This document shows, piece after piece, positions 36,667 to 49,140 of a stretch of DNA of 64,000 nt. This DNA is from the human T2T-CHM13v2.0 reference genome, Homo sapiens. A model generated the notes under the pieces. That model searched no databases and was not told the origin of the DNA. It worked only from the letters and a program-made list of their open reading frames with translations. Positions within the stretch are counted from its first letter, which is position 1. Every line of letters begins with the position of its first letter. The position numbers and the translations under genes were made by a program. Where the stretch lies: the NCBI RefSeq assembly GCF_009914755.1, contig NC_060930.1; one strand, 5' to 3'.

Positions 36667-37074
36667 TGCTATGGTTTAAATGTCCCCTCCAAAACTCATG
36701 TTGAAATTTAATCCCCAATGTGGCAGTATTGAGAAGTGGAGTCCTTAAGAGATGATTGGGTCATTAGGGCAGGATTAATCCATTCATAGATTAATAAGCT
36801 AATGGATTAGTGGGTTATCATGGGAATGGGACTGGTGGCTTTGTAAGAGAGGAAGAGAAATCTGAGCTAGCACACTCAGCCTCCTCATCATGTGATGCCC
36901 TGAATCAACTTGGGAATCTGCAGAGAGTCCCCACCAGCAAGAAGGCCCTCATCAAATGTAGTCCCTTAACCTTGGACTTCTCAGCCTCCATAATTTAAGA
37001 AATAAATTCCCTTTCTTTATAAATTACCTAGTTTCAAGTATTCTGTTATAAGCAACAGAAAATGGACTGAGATA
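36667..37074 (+). mobile_element. MSTC-like MaLR solo LTR
   Basis: TGCTATGGTTTAAATGTCCCCTCCAAAACTCATGTTGAAA..CAGAGAGTCCCCACCAGCAAGAAGGCCCTC..AGCAACAGAAAATGGACT; TSD acaac/actac. Confidence 0.88.
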
Positions 37075-38514
37075 ACTACTTAAGAAACATCCTCATTAAA
37101 TTGCATCAAGGGAGTTTGCAAGTGGTGGCTTGGAGCACTGCTAGCTGACAGGCACTGAAGTCATGCTTATTGTAACACAATTCTGCTGGGCAGGAAGGAG
37201 GACAACCCAAGCCATCTGCTGCACATCACGATGAGGGGAATGACCAAACGCTAGTTGAACAGATGAAATAACTGACAGGCAGCCAAGCTGTCTGGTGGTA
37301 CAAGACTGGTGAGTAACAAGAGCAAACAAATCTTCCTAGACATGGAATAGACAAGAAGAGGAGTGATGACTCACTGAAATAGAGGCTGTGGTTTGATTCT
37401 CCATACTTGGGAAAGATCAGGCTGTGCTAACCTGCTTTCAGATTCAGAGAGGTGCGGCAAACTTGCATGGGGTAGGGCTGAGAGTCCTGGTGAGGAGCTT
37501 ACTGACATAAGGGACCTGAACACTTCCTGAAAAGTGGCACATTCCAAGAGACTGAGAGAATCCAGGATTTGGAAACATAGGGTTTTCTCTGCATTTGCCA
37601 TTACCTGGTGATAATGACCCGAGGGTGGGTTTTCACATCAAGTCAGATGAGTGGTGTCTTTTGGAAAAAGAACAGCCAAGATCTGGAGGAGCTAGAGCTT
37701 CCAAAGAGGCACAAGGGGGAACGGTGCCAAGAGTGTGAGTCTGAGATTTCTCACACAGATTCTGGGGCCACCTATTTTCTTAACACCGTCTGTTTTGTTT
37801 ATGTTCCTCTACTGCTTTCCACTGATGCTTCTTTCTTACAGAGGAAAAATGCAAAATCCTGTGTCAGTGTATTTTACTTAAATGATAACTGATTCGGATG
37901 GGCTGTGTGATGTTACTCATTTCAATATTAATGGCATCAGAGTGATTCAATAGATAATATTTTCCTAACTTATCTGAAATAGTTATTTGGAATTGTTCGC
38001 ACAGTTATTTTATCAAGATTTTCTATTTATGGCATAAAACATAAGGCAAGTAAGATAAATCATTTCATATTGATGAGGAAAATAAGAAAAAGGCTCTGTA
38101 GTTTTATTTTCTTCCCTTGGACTTTAACACTTTCAATGAAAAGACCTCAAGGCATATGCTTCTTTGAGATAAAATACATTTTGCATCACTGTCTTTCCTC
38201 TCACATCATGGGTCTCTGCCTTCACCCTCTCAGATGGTGGCTCAGAGGCATGTCTTATCTCTTCCAAACATGCATCATGCCATGTTATATTTCTTAAATG
38301 AATGAAAACCTTGTTTAAACAGGGGAGCAATATAATGATCACCTCACCTATTTAAATGACTGTATGAGTATGCTTTGGTCATCATCATTAAAAATGTGTT
38401 TACTTGGCAAGTTCTACTGCTTTATGAATTACTCTACAATAATTCTCCCATAATAGGTATTAGTCAATGAAAATGTAGTTTAGTGACTATTTCATGTATT
38501 TTAAAATTCAAGGC

Positions 38515-38760
38515 AACAGTTTAATAAAATGAAAAAGGAATGGGTTTCGGAGTTAGAGCTTAGTTCTGATTCTAGGTTTTCTATTTACTTCTTGTGTGAC
38601 CTTGGGCAAGATATATGACCTCAAATATGAAGAACTCAGATGCCTCATTTATGAAATGAGAATAAAACCTACTTTGTTGGGTCACAATGAGAAAAAGGCA
38701 CTAGGTTAAAATACCTGGCAGGGTTCTGGCACAGAGTAGACGACATAAAAATAATTTTTT
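38515..38760 (+). mobile_element. MIR
   Basis: GGAGTTAGA..TGTGTGACCTTGGGCAAG..CCTCATTT.TGAAATGAGAATAA..CTGGCACAGAGTAG. Confidence 0.8.
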
Positions 38761-39439
38761 GCTTCTTTTAGACTTTTCGTTTTCCTATTTTAAATCTTCT
38801 ACTTCAGAATTCACCGGAGATGTTTTATTTTATTAGATTTAAAGTTGACTTTGTTCGCATTTTGCAAGAATAAGTCAAATTTGCGTTTTCTTAAGATACA
38901 AGATACCAGACATTGAGAATGCAACCATGGAGCTGGTGAGTCAGGGCAAGTTTTGGCTCTGGTGATATTTCTCTTGCCTTTTTGATCATTTAACATCTTT
39001 CCATTTTAATTTCAAATTCTCCAAATGTTAGCAAAACTAGCACTTTCCAGTTCTTTACAAAACCGTTTAGAATTTATATTCTAGAGAGGACTAAATGGGT
39101 GGCAACATTTTGAATACTTGCAAAAACAGTTTGACAAGTTCAGTTTAAAGAAAAGGGACACGAGTAATGGGCATGCAAACAAACTTATGGGTACAAATTC
39201 AAGCTGCTTGCCTTTTTTTCCAGAATGACTGGTTTGCAGTTTTAAAAGACCCAAACAAAGAACCCTTTCTATAGAGAATAATAACTTACAATATCACTGT
39301 GGTCGGCAGGTCAGCTGGGGAAGGGGCTAGGTAACAGAGAACATGTTACTGGGCTTCGTTTTCTTCTAAGCAAGGGCATATCCCATATTTCAAGAGAATA
39401 CCTATCATTTTCTAATCTAAAAAGAAACCAGCTTTAGAA

Positions 39440-39660
39440 ACAGTGTGATGTAGTAAAAGGATATGAGCTTTGGAGCTAGATAGACTTAGGTTCAGCCCTC
39501 GGCAGAGGCCATAAGCCAGCTGGACACATTTGAGGGGCTGTTTATCCATCTGTGCCTTCGTATCTGAAAAAGGGGATGCTTCCATCCAACTCGCTGGCTG
39601 GTTGTGAGAATTCAATGAGATAATGCATGAAAAAGTGCTTTGCATATACTAGAATCTCAA
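39440..39660 (+). mobile_element. MIR
   Basis: GCTTTGGAGCTAGATAGACTTAGGTTCA..ATCTGAAAAAGGGGATG..GTTGTGAGAATTCAATGAGATAATGCATGAAAAAGTGCTT. Confidence 0.8.
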
Positions 39661-40709
39661 TAAGAGATACTGATTTTAACTAATGATATTTTTATTTCTA
39701 ATGTTGAAGTTAAACCAATCTTAAGAGGCCAAGGAGGTTTGGAAACCTCACAGAGTTCTTATGAAGAAATCTTTCAGGAGCTTCTGTGAAATAATATCAT
39801 GAACATATGGAGTAGATTTCTAACTTGAACACACTGTGGCCTCAGGATTAAGATGAAAATTACTGACTTTAAACCACCCTGGAAAGTTTGACAGGAGTTC
39901 AACACATTTGACCCTTTACAGACCTGAATTTGCCAATACCGAGGAGCCAGGGAGTGTTGAATGAAGAAATATGTCTGCGTCCAAGCCTTCAGAATCCATG
40001 TGATTTAAAGTTCAGGGTTGCACATACAACTGACCTATTGTGGGATTGACCATGGATGTTTCTTAATACCATGACCACTTTTTCCTCTCTCCTGCTCCTT
40101 CTATATTTCTGGTGGCACTCCTTAGAGATTAAATCACTACCTCAAGCAAAGCATTTTCTTTAGTGCTACTCTTTAGCTCATTCCCAAAATTATGCTGCAG
40201 TTGGATAAGGTTCAATTGCTTCTGAGAGACCGTTGTTTGACTTTTGGATTCCATTCACATGATTTTGTCCTTCATAACTCATACATGATCATTAATAATA
40301 AATGCTGTCAAGAGTATGTTATGTGAAAAGTAATATTAAGAGGCTGAACTTCTAAGGCAAGACCTATTAGGCTTCCCTAAAGTTGTAGGGAAACTTATTA
40401 CCTCTCTGAATTATGCTTCTCAATCTTTCTCATGTGTCTTCTTGTCTTACAGTCTTAACGCAGTTGTATAATAGAATTACAATTTAGAAAATGTCAGAAC
40501 TGAGGGTTCATTAGTCCAACCTCCTAACCCTACTGGTAAGAGAACTGATGAAAATATTTACTTTGAAAGAATATTTTTAAAGCATATATATTGTCTTAAA
40601 GATAATCAGACTGTTAATATTGGTAACAATCCTATGAAAGGATACTTAAGCCAAGGCCAAATTAAAGATTGAGAAACTAAGTTGCTCATGTGTCCATTGA
40701 TTGTTGAGC

Positions 40710-40945
40710 AATAGAGGAGAGCATGACTTAGTGAAGCACATTTTGGATTTCAACAAATTGAGGTTCAACTCTCAGTTTTATTAGTTGTGTAATCCAGTTA
40801 CTTAACTTTAAAAGCCTCAGGACCTTGATTTTATAAATGATAATAAGGATGCTACCATGTAGTAATGCTGTAGGTATTGCAGAAAATATGCAAAGAAACT
40901 AAAGCAAACCTAACATGCAGTATATCCTCAATAAGTGATAATTAT
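40710..40945 (+). mobile_element. MIR
   Basis: TTAGTTGTGT..AGTTACTTAAC..AAGCCTCAG..TAAATGATAATAA. Confidence 0.6.
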
Positions 40946-40964
40946 GAACACATAATAACCCAAA

Positions 40965-43900
40965 AGAAAATCCTCAAAGTACACCAAAATAGAACCTCCT
41001 TAAAGCGTAAATCTCACAGGACCTATATAACAATAACACAATGAAAAAAAGCCAAGGTATTCAGGCAACAAATAGTACAATGAATAGAATAGTACCTCAC
41101 ATTTCAATACTCACATTGAAAGTAAATGGCCTAAATGCTTCACTTAAAAAATACAGAATAGATAAGAATCAACCAACCAAGTTCCTTCTGTCTTCAGGAG
41201 ATTCACCTAACACATAAGGACTCACATAAACTTAATGTAAAGGGGTGGAAAAGATATTCCATTCAAATGGACACCAAAAGTGAGCAGGAGTGGCTATCCT
41301 TAATCAGACAAAACAAACTTTAAAGCAACAGCAGTTAAAAAAGACAGAGAGGGACAGTATACAATGATAAAATAACTAGTCCAACAGGAAAATGCCACAA
41401 TTTTAAATTTATATGCACCTAATACTGGAGCTCTAAAATTTATAAAACAATTACTACTAGACCTAAGAAATGAGATAGACAGCAACACAATACTAGTGTA
41501 CTAGTGGGGGACTTTAATACTCCACTGAGAGCACTGGATAGGTCATTAAGACAGAAAATCAACAAAGAAACAATGGACTTAAACTATACCCTACAACAAA
41601 TGGACTTTACAGATATTTACCAAACATTCTACTCAACAACTGCAGAATATACATTATATTCATCAGCACATGGAACATTCTCCAAGACAGACCGTGTGAT
41701 AGGCCACAAAACAAACCTCAGTAAATTTAAGAACACCAAAATTATATCAAGTACTCTCTTAGACCACAGTGGAATAAGATTTGAAATCAACTCCAAAAGG
41801 AACCTTCAAAACCATGCAAATACATGGAAATTAAATAACCTGCTCCTGAATAATTATTGGGTCAACAATAAAATCAAGATGGAAATTAAAAAATTCTTTG
41901 AAATGAATGATAATAGTGATACAAACTATTAAAACATCTGGGATACAGCAAAAGCAGTGCTAAGAGGAAAGTTTCATAGCACTAAATGCTTACATCAAAA
42001 AGTCTGAAAGAGCACAAATAGACAATCTAAAGTCACACCTCACGGAAGTGGAGAAACAAGAACAATCCCAACCCAAACCCAATACATAATGAAGATCAGA
42101 GTAGAACCAAATGAAATTGAAACAAACAAAGAAACAAAATACAAAAGATAAATGAAACAAATTTGGTTCTTTGAAAAGTTAAATAAAATTGATTGGCCAT
42201 TTGCAAGATTAACCAAGAAAAGAAGAGAGAAGATCCAAATAAGCTCAATTAGAAATGAAATGGGAGATATTACAACCGATACCACAAAATACAAAAGATT
42301 ATTCAAGGCTGCTATGAAAACCTTTACGCGCATAAGCTAGTAAATCTAGAGGAGATGGATAAATTCCTAGAAATGTACAAGCCTCCTAGATTAAACCAGG
42401 AAGACATAGAATCTCAGAACAGACCCATAACAAGCAGCAAGACTGAAATGGTTATAAAAAAAATTGCCAACAAAAAAATGTCCAGAACCAGATGGATTCA
42501 CAGCTAAATTTGAACAGACATTCAAAGAAAAATTGATACCAATCCTATTGACATTACTTCAAAAGATAGAGGAAAAATTCCCTAAATCATTCTATGAAGC
42601 CAGTATCACCTTAATACCAAAACCAGGGAAGGACATAACAAAAAAAGAAAACTACAGACCAATATCCCTGATGAACATAGTTGCAAAAATCCTCAACAAA
42701 ATACTAGTGAACTGAATCCAACAACATATCAAATACATAATCCACCATGATCAAGTGGGTTTCATACAAGGCATGCAGGGATAGTTTAACGTATGTAAGT
42801 CAATAAATGTGATACACCACATAAACAGAATTAAAAACAAATCACATGATCATCTTAATTGATGCAGAAAAAGCATTTGACAAAATCCAGCATCCCTTTA
42901 TGATTAAAACCCTAAGCAAAATTGGCATAAAAGGGACATACCTTAAGGTAGTAAAAGCCACTTATTACAAACCCACAGCCAATGGTATACTGAATGGGGA
43001 AAAGTTGAAAGCATTGCCCCTGAGAACAGGAACAAGACAAGGATGCCCGCTTTCACCACTTCTATTCAGCATAGTATTGGAAGTCCAAGCCAGAGCGATC
43101 AGACAAGTGCATCCAAATGGGTAAAGAGGAAGTCAAACTGTTTCTGTTTGCTGATAATATGATTGTATACCTAGAAAACCCTGAAGACTCCTCCAAAAGT
43201 CTCCTAGAACTGGTAAATGAATTCAGCAAAGTTTCAGTGTACAAAATTAATGTACACATTAGCTCTGCTATACAGCAACAGCAACCAAGCAGATAATCAA
43301 ATCAAGAATCCAACCCCTTTCATAATAGCTGCAAACAAACCAAAACAAAACAAAAACAACAAAAAACTTAGAAATATACCTAACAAAGAACATGAAAGAC
43401 CTCTACAAGGAAAACCATAAAACACTGCTGAAAGAAATCATAAATGACACAAACAAATAGAAACACATCTCATGCTCATGGATGGGTAGAATCAATATTG
43501 TGAAAATGACTACACTGCCAAAAGCAATCTATGCATTCAATGCAATTCCCATCAAAATACCACCATCATTCTTCACAGAACTAGAAAAAATCCCCTAAAA
43601 TTCGTATGAAACCACAAAAGAGCCCACATAGTGAAGGTGAGACTAAGCAAAAAGAACAAATCTGGAGGTATCACATTATCTGACTTCAAACTATATTATA
43701 AGGCCATAGTCACCAAAACAGCATGGTACTGGTATAAAAATAGGCACATGGATCAATGGAACAGAATAGAGAACCCAGAAATAAAGTCAGATTCTTACAG
43801 CCAACTGATCTTTGGCAAAGCAAACAAAAACATCAAGTGGGGAAAGGACACCCTATTCAAAAAATGGTGCTGAGATAATTGGCAAGCCACATGTAGAAGA

Positions 43901-45225
43901 ATGAAACTGGATCCTCATCTCTCACTTTATACAAAAAATCAACTCAAGATGAATCAAAACTTAAATCTAAGACCTGAAACCATAAAGGTTCTTTCTAGAA
44001 GATAACATCAGAAAAACCGTTCTAGATATTGGCTTAGGCAAAGACTTCATGACCAAGAACCCAAAAGCAATGCAACAAAAACAAAGATAAACAGATGGGA
44101 CTTAATTAAAGTACTCTATGGGATTTTCTCCCACTCTATGGGTTGTCTGTTTATTCTGCTGAATTTTTTTTTTTTTTTTGCACAGAGTAAACAGACAACC
44201 CACAGAATGAGAGAAAATCTTCACAATCTCGACTTCCAACAAAAGGCTAATATCCAGAATCTACAGAAAACCTACATCAGCAAGAAAAAAAAAAACCCCA
44301 CAATCCCATCAAAAAGTGGGCTAAGGACATGAATAGATAATTATTCAAAGAAGATATACAAATGACCAACAAGCAGATGGAAAAATGATCAAACTAATAA
44401 TCAGGGAAATGCAAATCAAAACCACAGTGCAATACCACCTCACTCCTTCAAGAATGGCCATAATCAAAAAATCAAAAATAGTAGATGTTGGTATGGATGT
44501 GGTGAAAAGGGAACACTTTTACACTGTTGGTGGAAATGTAAACTAGTACAACCACTATGGAAAACAGCATGGAGATTCCATAAAGAACTAAAAGTAGATC
44601 TACCGTTTGATCCAGCAATCCCATTACTAGGTATCCACCCAGAGGAAAAGAAGTCATTATACGAAAAAGATATTTGCACACACATGTTTACAGCAGCACA
44701 ATTTGCAATTGCAAAAATATGGAACCAGCCTAAATGCCCATTCATCAATGAGTAGATAAAGAAATGTTATATATATATATATGTCTATATGTTATATATA
44801 TATGTGTGTGTGTATATATATACACACACATACCATGGACTACTACTCAGCCATGAAAAGGAACAAAATGGTGGCATTTGCAGCAAACTGGATGCAATTG
44901 GAGACTATTATTCTAAGTGAAGTAATTCAGGAATGGAAAAACCAAACATCGTGTGTTCTCACTTGTACATTGGTACTAAGCCATGAGGATGCAAAGGCAT
45001 AAAAATGATATATTGGACTTCAGGGACTCAGGAGAAAGGGTGGGGGGCAGTGAGGGATAAAAGACTATACATTGGGTGCAGTGTACACTGCTCTGGTGAT
45101 AGGTGCACCAAAAATCTCAGAAATCACCTCTAAAAAACTTATTCATGTAACTAGACACCACCTATTCCCCAAAAACCTATTGAAATGAAAAACAAAAATT
45201 TTAAAAAACGAAAAAAAAAAAAAGA
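40965..45225 (+). mobile_element. 5'-truncated L1PB (L1PB1-like) with disrupted ORF2 (endonuclease, RT, C-terminal) and poly(A)
   Basis: ORF fragments GDFNTPL (EN), [37 protein letters not shown] (RT), [11 protein letters not shown]; L1PB-type 3'UTR ending CCCCAAAAACCTATTGAAAT plus A-rich tail; many stops and frameshifts. Confidence 0.95.
44767..44832. repeat. Compound (TA)n/(TG)n/(CA)n microsatellite inside L1
   Basis: tatatatatatatatg..tatatatatatgtgtgtgtgtatatatatacacacaca. Confidence 0.9.
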
Positions 45226-45404
45226 AAGTGAATGCCATGAACCACAAAATATAGGCTCTTCAAGAGACAGAAAATAATCATTCTAAATTCCCTACTACAG
45301 GTCCAGAATTATAGACCAACCATAGAGAATGTGAATGACTAAAAGTCTTGGTTTGCTCAGTCAGTGTAACAAGATGACACTGGGTAACAATAAACAGTTC
45401 AGGG

Positions 45405-45640
45405 CATGGAGTGATAGAACAGAATGGTAAATATTGTGAGCTCTAGTGCAAGGGGACCTTGGCTTGCATCCAGGGGATGCCACTTACTATTTGTGTAGCC
45501 TTGAACAAATTGTTTAGTCACTCAACGCTTCAGTTTCCACCTCTGTAACTAGTGATAGTAGTGGTGATAGGAGTAGTGTTACTTGGGGTTGTTGTGGGGA
45601 TTATGTGAAGTGAAATGCTTAGTCCACTGCTGGGCATACA
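45405..45640 (+). mobile_element. MIR
   Basis: GCCACTTACTATTTGTGTAGCCTTGAACAAATTG..CTTCAGTTTCC..CTGTAA..GGTTGTTGTGGGGATTATGTGA. Confidence 0.8.
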
Positions 45641-45749
45641 CTAAGAACTCTCTCTTTCTGTATACATGTATATGTATGTATGTATATGTACTCTCTAGGT
45701 ATGTACATTTATAAGTAAGTATATATAATAATTTATGGATATATTCATG

Positions 45750-46745
45750 TATATAAATTGTGATGAAGTACACATAATTTATGATCTTCACTATTTTTAG
45801 GTGTACAGTTCGGTGGCATTAAGTACACATTAAGTACATTCATATTGTATCACCACCGTGTATCTTCAGAACTCTTTTCATCTTGTAACTGCAACTCTGT
45901 ACTGATTTAAAATACCTCTCCATGCCCCTCCTCCACAGCCCCTGGAAACCATCATTCCACTTTCTGTCTCGAATTTGATGGCTCTAGCTGCCTTGTATCA
46001 GTGGAGTTATACAATATTTGTCCTTTGGGGACTGGTTTTATTTCACTTAGCATCATAACTGCAAGGTCTATCCATGTTGCAGTGTGTGTCAGTATTGCCC
46101 TCCTTTTTAAGGCTAAATAATTTTCCATTGTACATTCATTGTACAATGAAACGTACCATGTTTCATTTATCCATGGATGGACACTTAGGTTGCTTCCACC
46201 TCTTGCCTATTGGGAATAACGCTGCTATGAACATGAGTGTACAAACACCTTTCTGAGACCCTGCTTTTAATTCTTTTTTTGGGGGGGGTTGGGGCGGAGT
46301 CTCGCTTCACCTGGAGCGATCTCGGCTCACTGCAAGCTCTGCCTCCTGGGTTCACACCATTCTCCTGCCTCAGCCTCCCGAGTAGCTGGGACTACAGGCA
46401 CCCGCCACCACGCCCGGCTAATTTTTTGTATTTTTAGTAGAGATGGGGTTTCACCGTGTTAGCCAGGATGGTCTCGATCTCCTGACCTTGTGATCCGCCT
46501 GCCTCGGCTTCCCCCTGCCTTTAATTCTTTTGTGTGTATACCCAGAAGTGGAATACCTGGATCATGCGGTAGTTCTACTTCTAATTTTTTGAAGAACTAC
46601 CATATGTTTTCCATAGTGGTTGTACCATTTTACATTCATGCTAACAATGAACAAGCATTCCAATATTTCCACATCTACATCAACACTTGTTAATTTCTAT
46701 TTTTCTTTTTTTGATAGTAGCCATCCTAATGGTTACGAGGTAGAT
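45750..46745 (-). mobile_element. L1MB-type 3' end, interrupted by AluY
   Basis: GTGTACAGTTCGGTGGCATTAAGTACATTCA..CAGCCCCTGGAAACCA..ATGGACACTTAGGTTGCTTCCAC..TAGTAGCCATCCTAATGG. Confidence 0.88.
46276..46512 (-). mobile_element. 5'-truncated AluY with degenerate tail
   Basis: Y diagnostics GCAAGCTC, GGGTTCACACCATTCTCC, ACCGTGTTAGCCAGGATGGTCTCGATCTCC; TSD ccctgcttttaattctt / ccctgcctttaattctt. Confidence 0.9.
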
Positions 46746-48094
46746 AAATATATTTTTAAATGCCAAATTTATATTATTTTATTATGTGCATGTTTGTCTC
46801 TGTGGACTATAATTTAAGAGTCCCATTGCCCACAGTCATGGAGGTGATTCATCCTGGGATAATATATAAGTCAGATTCTAGGACTGGGAGGAGCGGCTTC
46901 TTCAATAGGTGCGTGTGTCTGTAGAGTGGAGAAGGGTAAAAAACGTAAACCATGGGACAGATGGGGCAGAAATTTGGTCACAGGAGAAAAAAAGCAAACT
47001 TCTGGCTACACTAACCCAAGCTGGATATATTTTTATATATTAATTTAATTAAAACTTTTTTTGGTTGTTGTAGGTAGTAGAGCTTTTGGTTTTAGAGATA
47101 CACATCTAAGTTTGGCCCCACCGTGGAGAGTTGAGATGCTGGTAATGGCAAAAAGACTGCTTTGTAGATTGCTGTGAAACCCAGCCGGAGACAACCAAGG
47201 CAGTGAGCTTGCTTGCTTGAACTCCACAGTTTCTGAGATTGGGCTTGAGAGACACCCTAAGCCTCTACCTACACTCTGGGCAGGGGCAACAAATATATCT
47301 CCAAAAGGGTCATTGTTAGTGACCCTAGAAATCCTCAAATTTTGGAGGGAAACACTAGACAAAGGAAGTTCGGACTTCTTGCTACCCTGGACAAATATGG
47401 GCTCAGAGACCTCACAGACTGAACATTCTTTTTAATGTTCTTAGAGTGGACCTGAAGCTGTATGCTTCATGTGCAAAATATCTATTATTACCCTTTGTGT
47501 ATGTAGATCCATGCAGAAGCTGAGGTCTTGGTAATGCTGCAGCACTGAACATTGCAGATCGGACTTGGATTTGCCGTGAGCACTCCGCTTGGCTACACAA
47601 ACAGCGGGGAGCCTCCAGGTACCAGGCTCAAAAACTATTGGCCGGGCTTTATGAGCTGGTGCTAGCTGGAAACAGAAATCCTTCAGTCACATTTGATTGA
47701 TTTGCATCTAAGTTAGTAATTGTCTGGGACTTTAGTTGCTGTTTAATTTAGTTTTATTTTGTGCAATGGAGAGGTGTGTACTTTATTTTCTTAAACTTTT
47801 GCTCCTCAAATTTAATATCCATTTGATTTTATTAAAAGTGAGTATAAACATAGATATATTACAAATGTTGAGAAGTGGATTGAGATATTCAGAGAATAAT
47901 ATGATTTGTTTGTACATACTGCGGAAGACTTGGACTCCAGCACAGACACTGTGGGGCTCTGGGCAAGACATAGCCTCTGATCCTGATCTACACTGTGGCA
48001 TAATGATGCTCACTGCAAAGGACTATGAAGATCAAATGGATAGTGCGTATTCAATGTATATGTGTTAAATACTTGCTATCTTTCAGGTCTCAAT

Positions 48095-48112
48095 ACACAC
48101 ACACACACACAC
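48095..48112. repeat. (CA)n microsatellite
   Basis: acacacacacacacacac. Confidence 0.85.
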
Positions 48113-48204
48113 GTCAGTGCCCAGTGCACAGCAGATATGCAACATAGTAGAGGGGATAGAAATTGCAGGCTCTGATTCCGTATTTCCTGGGTTTGCAATG
48201 TGGC

Positions 48205-48350
48205 CCTGTGCCATCCTCTATGATTGCCATTAGTCATTTGAGATGTGGCTATTGCTGCTGAGGAATTGAGTTTTAAATTTTTTAAAATTTTAATTAATTT
48301 ACATGTAAATGGCTACATGTGACTAGTGGTAACCACAGAGGACAGAGCAG
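48205..48350. mobile_element. MER3-like hAT MITE
   Basis: ATGTGGCTA..CTGAGGAATTGAGTTTTAAATT..TTAATTAATTT..GCTACATGTGACTAGTGG..GGACAGAGCAG. Confidence 0.75.
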
Positions 48351-48959
48351 AGAGCACAGGATGTATAGAAGGTGAGAGAGATTATTCAGGAGTATTGAGG
48401 GTAGTTTTTGTTTTTGTTGTTTTTAAGATAGTAAAGACTGGTACAATTCTAAATGCTGATGAGCCCTAGGCAGCAAAGAGGAGCATTTGACTTCGCAGGA
48501 CAGAAGCAGAGAAGTAATTAATAAAGCCAGTGTCTGAGAGTGAGGGATGGTTTGGGATTCTGTTAGGTGTGTAGGCTGGTGGCAGGAAGTTGAGTGGGTT
48601 TTTAGCGGATGGATTCCATTTCCTCTGGAGGATGGGAATTGAGGTCATCTACTGTGAGGGAGGGGAAGCATAGTAAGTTAGAGATTTCAAGAGAGTTGGG
48701 AAGATTTAAAACAGCTTTATGGAGAAGACAGGGTGCTGACTGGGGAAATATATAAAATCTGTTGAGTAATTCTTATTTTTTAGATGGGCAGTCTGAGACA
48801 GAGGATGGTTGTGCAAGTTGCTCAATATTACTCAAGATCAGAGAAAAATTGGGTCTTGTTCTTTCTGATTCCATAACTACAGCTCTTAAAATCGCCAATA
48901 CATTGGCCCACCGACACTTACTTCCTGGCACCTTTCTGTGCCTCTTTTGACACTTCCCA

Positions 48960-49140
48960 CTTCTCTATCTTATATATATTTAGTTATGGAAAGGTTTTCT
49001 TTCTCTTAGTCAATTGATCCTGGTGTGCAGGATCAATATTCTAATTCATCCTTGTGTCTCTGTAGTGCCTACCACAATTCTGTGCACACAGAGAAGGCTC
49101 AGTAATTATTTGTTGAGTGAATGAGTGGACGAATAAAGAA
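48960..49140 (+). mobile_element. L2 3' end
   Basis: TAGTGCCTACCACA..GCACACAG..GGCTCAGTAATTATTTGTTGAGTGAATGA. Confidence 0.75.

Noticed and set aside
37400-37900. Possible ancient LTR or exon (acceptor at ~37840)
   Set aside because: Could not assign a family and found no convincing matching donor
41504-43873. ORFs with endonuclease/reverse-transcriptase motifs as a functional or novel RT system
   Set aside because: Fragments of a dead L1PB ORF2 broken by multiple stops and frameshifts
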